Positions 48,632 through 50,738 of a stretch of 50,738 nucleotides of DNA are shown here, piece by piece. How positions within the stretch are numbered: the first letter of the stretch is position 1; each line of letters begins with the position of its first letter. A program made the position numbers and the translations under genes. The DNA is taken from IMG/VR virus record IMGVR_UViG_3300005807_000006, positions 1 through 50,738 of that record. One strand, given 5' to 3'. The notes below the pieces were generated by a model, which searched no databases, was not told the origin of the DNA, and saw nothing but the letters and a program-made list of their open reading frames with translations. This DNA is from a virus (taxonomy: Duplodnaviria; Caudoviricetes).

Positions 48632-50189
48632 GCTAACAGAGCAAGAGCTGATCGGGCATTCTGAGCACTTATTTACTAAGCAGTACCCAATGCTGTCTTT
48701 ATATCAGACACTATCTAATCATTTTTATCCCGAGCGCGCAGACTTCACGGTCACTAGAAATATAGGAAATGAGATATCTGATTTATTATTTAATTCTTAC
48801 CCAGTTTTGGTAAGGCGAGATCTAGGCAATTCTCTATCTGCAATGCTGAGAGACGGGGACTGGTTTAAAATGTCAGTCCAAGACGAACCAGATTATGAGG
48901 GTTCGTCTTGGCTTCAATGGGCTAGTAAGCGACTGAAGAGATTGTTTGATGATCGCTCTGCAAATATGGTTAGAGCGACCAAAGAAGGTGATCATGATTT
49001 TATAACTTTCGGTCAGTGTGTGTTAAGCGTAGAAATGAACAAGCAAGCAAATGGTCTGTTATTCAGATCATGGCACTTAAGAGATTGCGCTTGGTTCGAA
49101 GATGAAACGGGATCGGTCGCAGGAGTTTCTAGGAAATGGAAGCCAACTTATCAGCAGTTGATTGATTATTTCGGCGATAAAGTTCACAAAAAAATCAAAG
49201 AAAGAGCTGTAAAAGAGCCATTTGCTGAGGCTGATATTATACACATGGTCATTCCTTCAAATATGTACCGTGACGAACAAATATCAAACCCTTACGTTTC
49301 TATTTATATTGATGTCGCAAATAATCATACTATCGAAGCGATTGGGATTAATCATAAGTATTATATAATCCCAAGATTTCAGACTATATCAGGCAGTCCT
49401 TACGCTTATTCCCCCGCAACAATCATAGCCCTTCCAGACGCTAGAATGCTTCAAGCCATGACTCATACCTTGCTCGAAGCTGGTGAAAGGTACGCAAGAC
49501 CGCCAATGATTGCGACTCAAAAAGTCATTAGGAGTGATGTAGACCTATCGCCTGACGGCGTTACTTGGGTTGATGAAGAATATGATGAGAGGATGGGCGA
49601 TGCTTTAAGACCAATCTCTCAAGATCGGGGAGGATTTCCTATAGGTTTGGAAATGAGAAATGATATTGTTCAGGTTTTAAATAGCGCATTCTACTTAAAC
49701 AAAATAACACTTCCAGATATGGGTCGAGAAATGACGGCCTATGAAGTGTCTGAAAGGATGAAACAGTTTAGGCGAGAAAATTTGCCTTTATTTGCACCGA
49801 TAGAAGCCGAATACAACGGTCAGCTTTGCGAGATAGCGTTTGAGATTGCTATGCAAGCTGGGCTTTTAGGATCTGAGCAAGACATCCCGCAATCATTAAG
49901 AGGTAGAGATGTTGTGTTTAAATTCAAATCCCCACTTTCTGAAACAGAAGAAGAGACAAAATCTAACCAGTTTTCTCAAGTGAGTAGAATGCTTGCAGAG
50001 GCAGCTCAACTAGACCCCTCTAGTGCTGACAATGTGGACTTTGATACAGCGCTTCGTGACGCAGTAGTTGGAACTGGTGCGCCTTCAACATGGCTTAGGT
50101 CTGTTGAAGAAGTCACACAAGATAGGCAAATGCAAGTTGCGGATCAGGCGATACGGGCGCAACAAGAAATTGCAGAAATTCAACAATAG
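48624..50189 (+). CDS. Portal (head-tail connector) protein
   Basis: 521 aa; PRF...GSPYAYSP...LPDARMLQ, MTAYEVSER, SPL motifs. Confidence 0.9.
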   Translation: MAKLTEQELIGHSEHLFTKQYPMLSLYQTLSNHFYPERADFTVTRNIGNEISDLLFNSYPVLVRRDLGNSLSAMLRDGDWFKMSVQDEPDYEGSSWLQWASKRLKRLFDDRSANMVRATKEGDHDFITFGQCVLSVEMNKQANGLLFRSWHLRDCAWFEDETGSVAGVSRKWKPTYQQLIDYFGDKVHKKIKERAVKEPFAEADIIHMVIPSNMYRDEQISNPYVSIYIDVANNHTIEAIGINHKYYIIPRFQTISGSPYAYSPATIIALPDARMLQAMTHTLLEAGERYARPPMIATQKVIRSDVDLSPDGVTWVDEEYDERMGDALRPISQDRGGFPIGLEMRNDIVQVLNSAFYLNKITLPDMGREMTAYEVSERMKQFRRENLPLFAPIEAEYNGQLCEIAFEIAMQAGLLGSEQDIPQSLRGRDVVFKFKSPLSETEEETKSNQFSQVSRMLAEAAQLDPSSADNVDFDTALRDAVVGTGAPSTWLRSVEEVTQDRQMQVADQAIRAQQEIAEIQQ

Positions 50190-50197
50190 GAGGATAA

Positions 50198-50497
50198 GTG
50201 TCTAACCGAAAAACAAAAGAATCAAACTGCTTTCAAACTCAAAAGTTAATTAAGCGAGAAGTAGAGGCTATAAAAGCGTTAAATAATGGAGATGCGTCTG
50301 AATACCAACAAAAGTTGGCGTTAGCGGTTATTGTTAATAAGTTTTGCAGATCGCAAGACCTACTTTATATTCCAAATTCATCCGACGAAACAAGCTTCCT
50401 AAATGGGAGGGGTTTTGTCGGTCAAAAAATACTAAAAATAATAAACGTACCGATAGGCAAATTAATCAACGAAGAAGAGACCGAAGACAATGAATAA
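50198..50497 (+). CDS. Post-portal small protein (Bbp19-like)
   Basis: TSFLNGRGFVGQKI motif; AGGAGG RBS; between portal and scaffold. Confidence 0.65.
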   Translation: MSNRKTKESNCFQTQKLIKREVEAIKALNNGDASEYQQKLALAVIVNKFCRSQDLLYIPNSSDETSFLNGRGFVGQKILKIINVPIGKLINEEETEDNE

Positions 50498-50738
50498 TTT
50501 TTTAACAAGAAAATATTTAGAAGAAGCCCCTAATGATGGAGGCACTGGAGATGGAGGCACTCCCCCACCAGACATAAAGCAGGAAGGCGGCACACCAGCC
50601 GAGCCTAAAAACTTTCATGAGACAATGCCTGAGGATTGGAGAGATCAAATAGTTGAGTCTTTAGGAATAGAAGATCAAGGGACTAAAGACAAACGACTAG
50701 CCCAATTAGGCAGGTTTTCTGACTTTAACAGCATGAGT
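50490..50738. repeat. Terminal direct repeat, right copy
   Basis: Identical to 37-285. Confidence 0.95.

Overview
The window is an apparently complete, circularly permuted ~50.45 kb tailed phage genome. A 249-bp direct repeat (37-285 = 50490-50738) joins the ends. The structural module is podovirus-like (BPP-1/epsilon15-type gene order): TerS, TerL (frameshifted in a G10 tract), portal, scaffold, capsid, adaptor, nozzle, ejection proteins including a 1844-aa polyvalent protein, and a beta-helix tailspike. It also carries a Gram-negative lysis cassette with spanins, RecT, NinB, a DNA methyltransferase and many small ORFs. I recognised no integrase, DNA polymerase, primase or helicase. The most striking signal is two arrays (21.4-23.8 kb and 34.0-39.0 kb) in which single small phage-type genes alternate with 23 imperfect palindromes (several degenerate) plus one half-site. 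These have integron attC architecture (nnnTAAC, spacer, L boxes with unpaired G/T, 5 nt, GTTAnnn). The sites are inverted relative to the genes compared with canonical integrons, often supply the stop codon and sometimes the SD and ATG, and show cassette-type end complementarity across each ORF. No intI gene is present. A noncoding island at 24.1-24.6 kb holds long perfect stems enclosing a tRNA-within-a-tRNA structure and a pseudoknot candidate. All calls are by eye; no searches were run.
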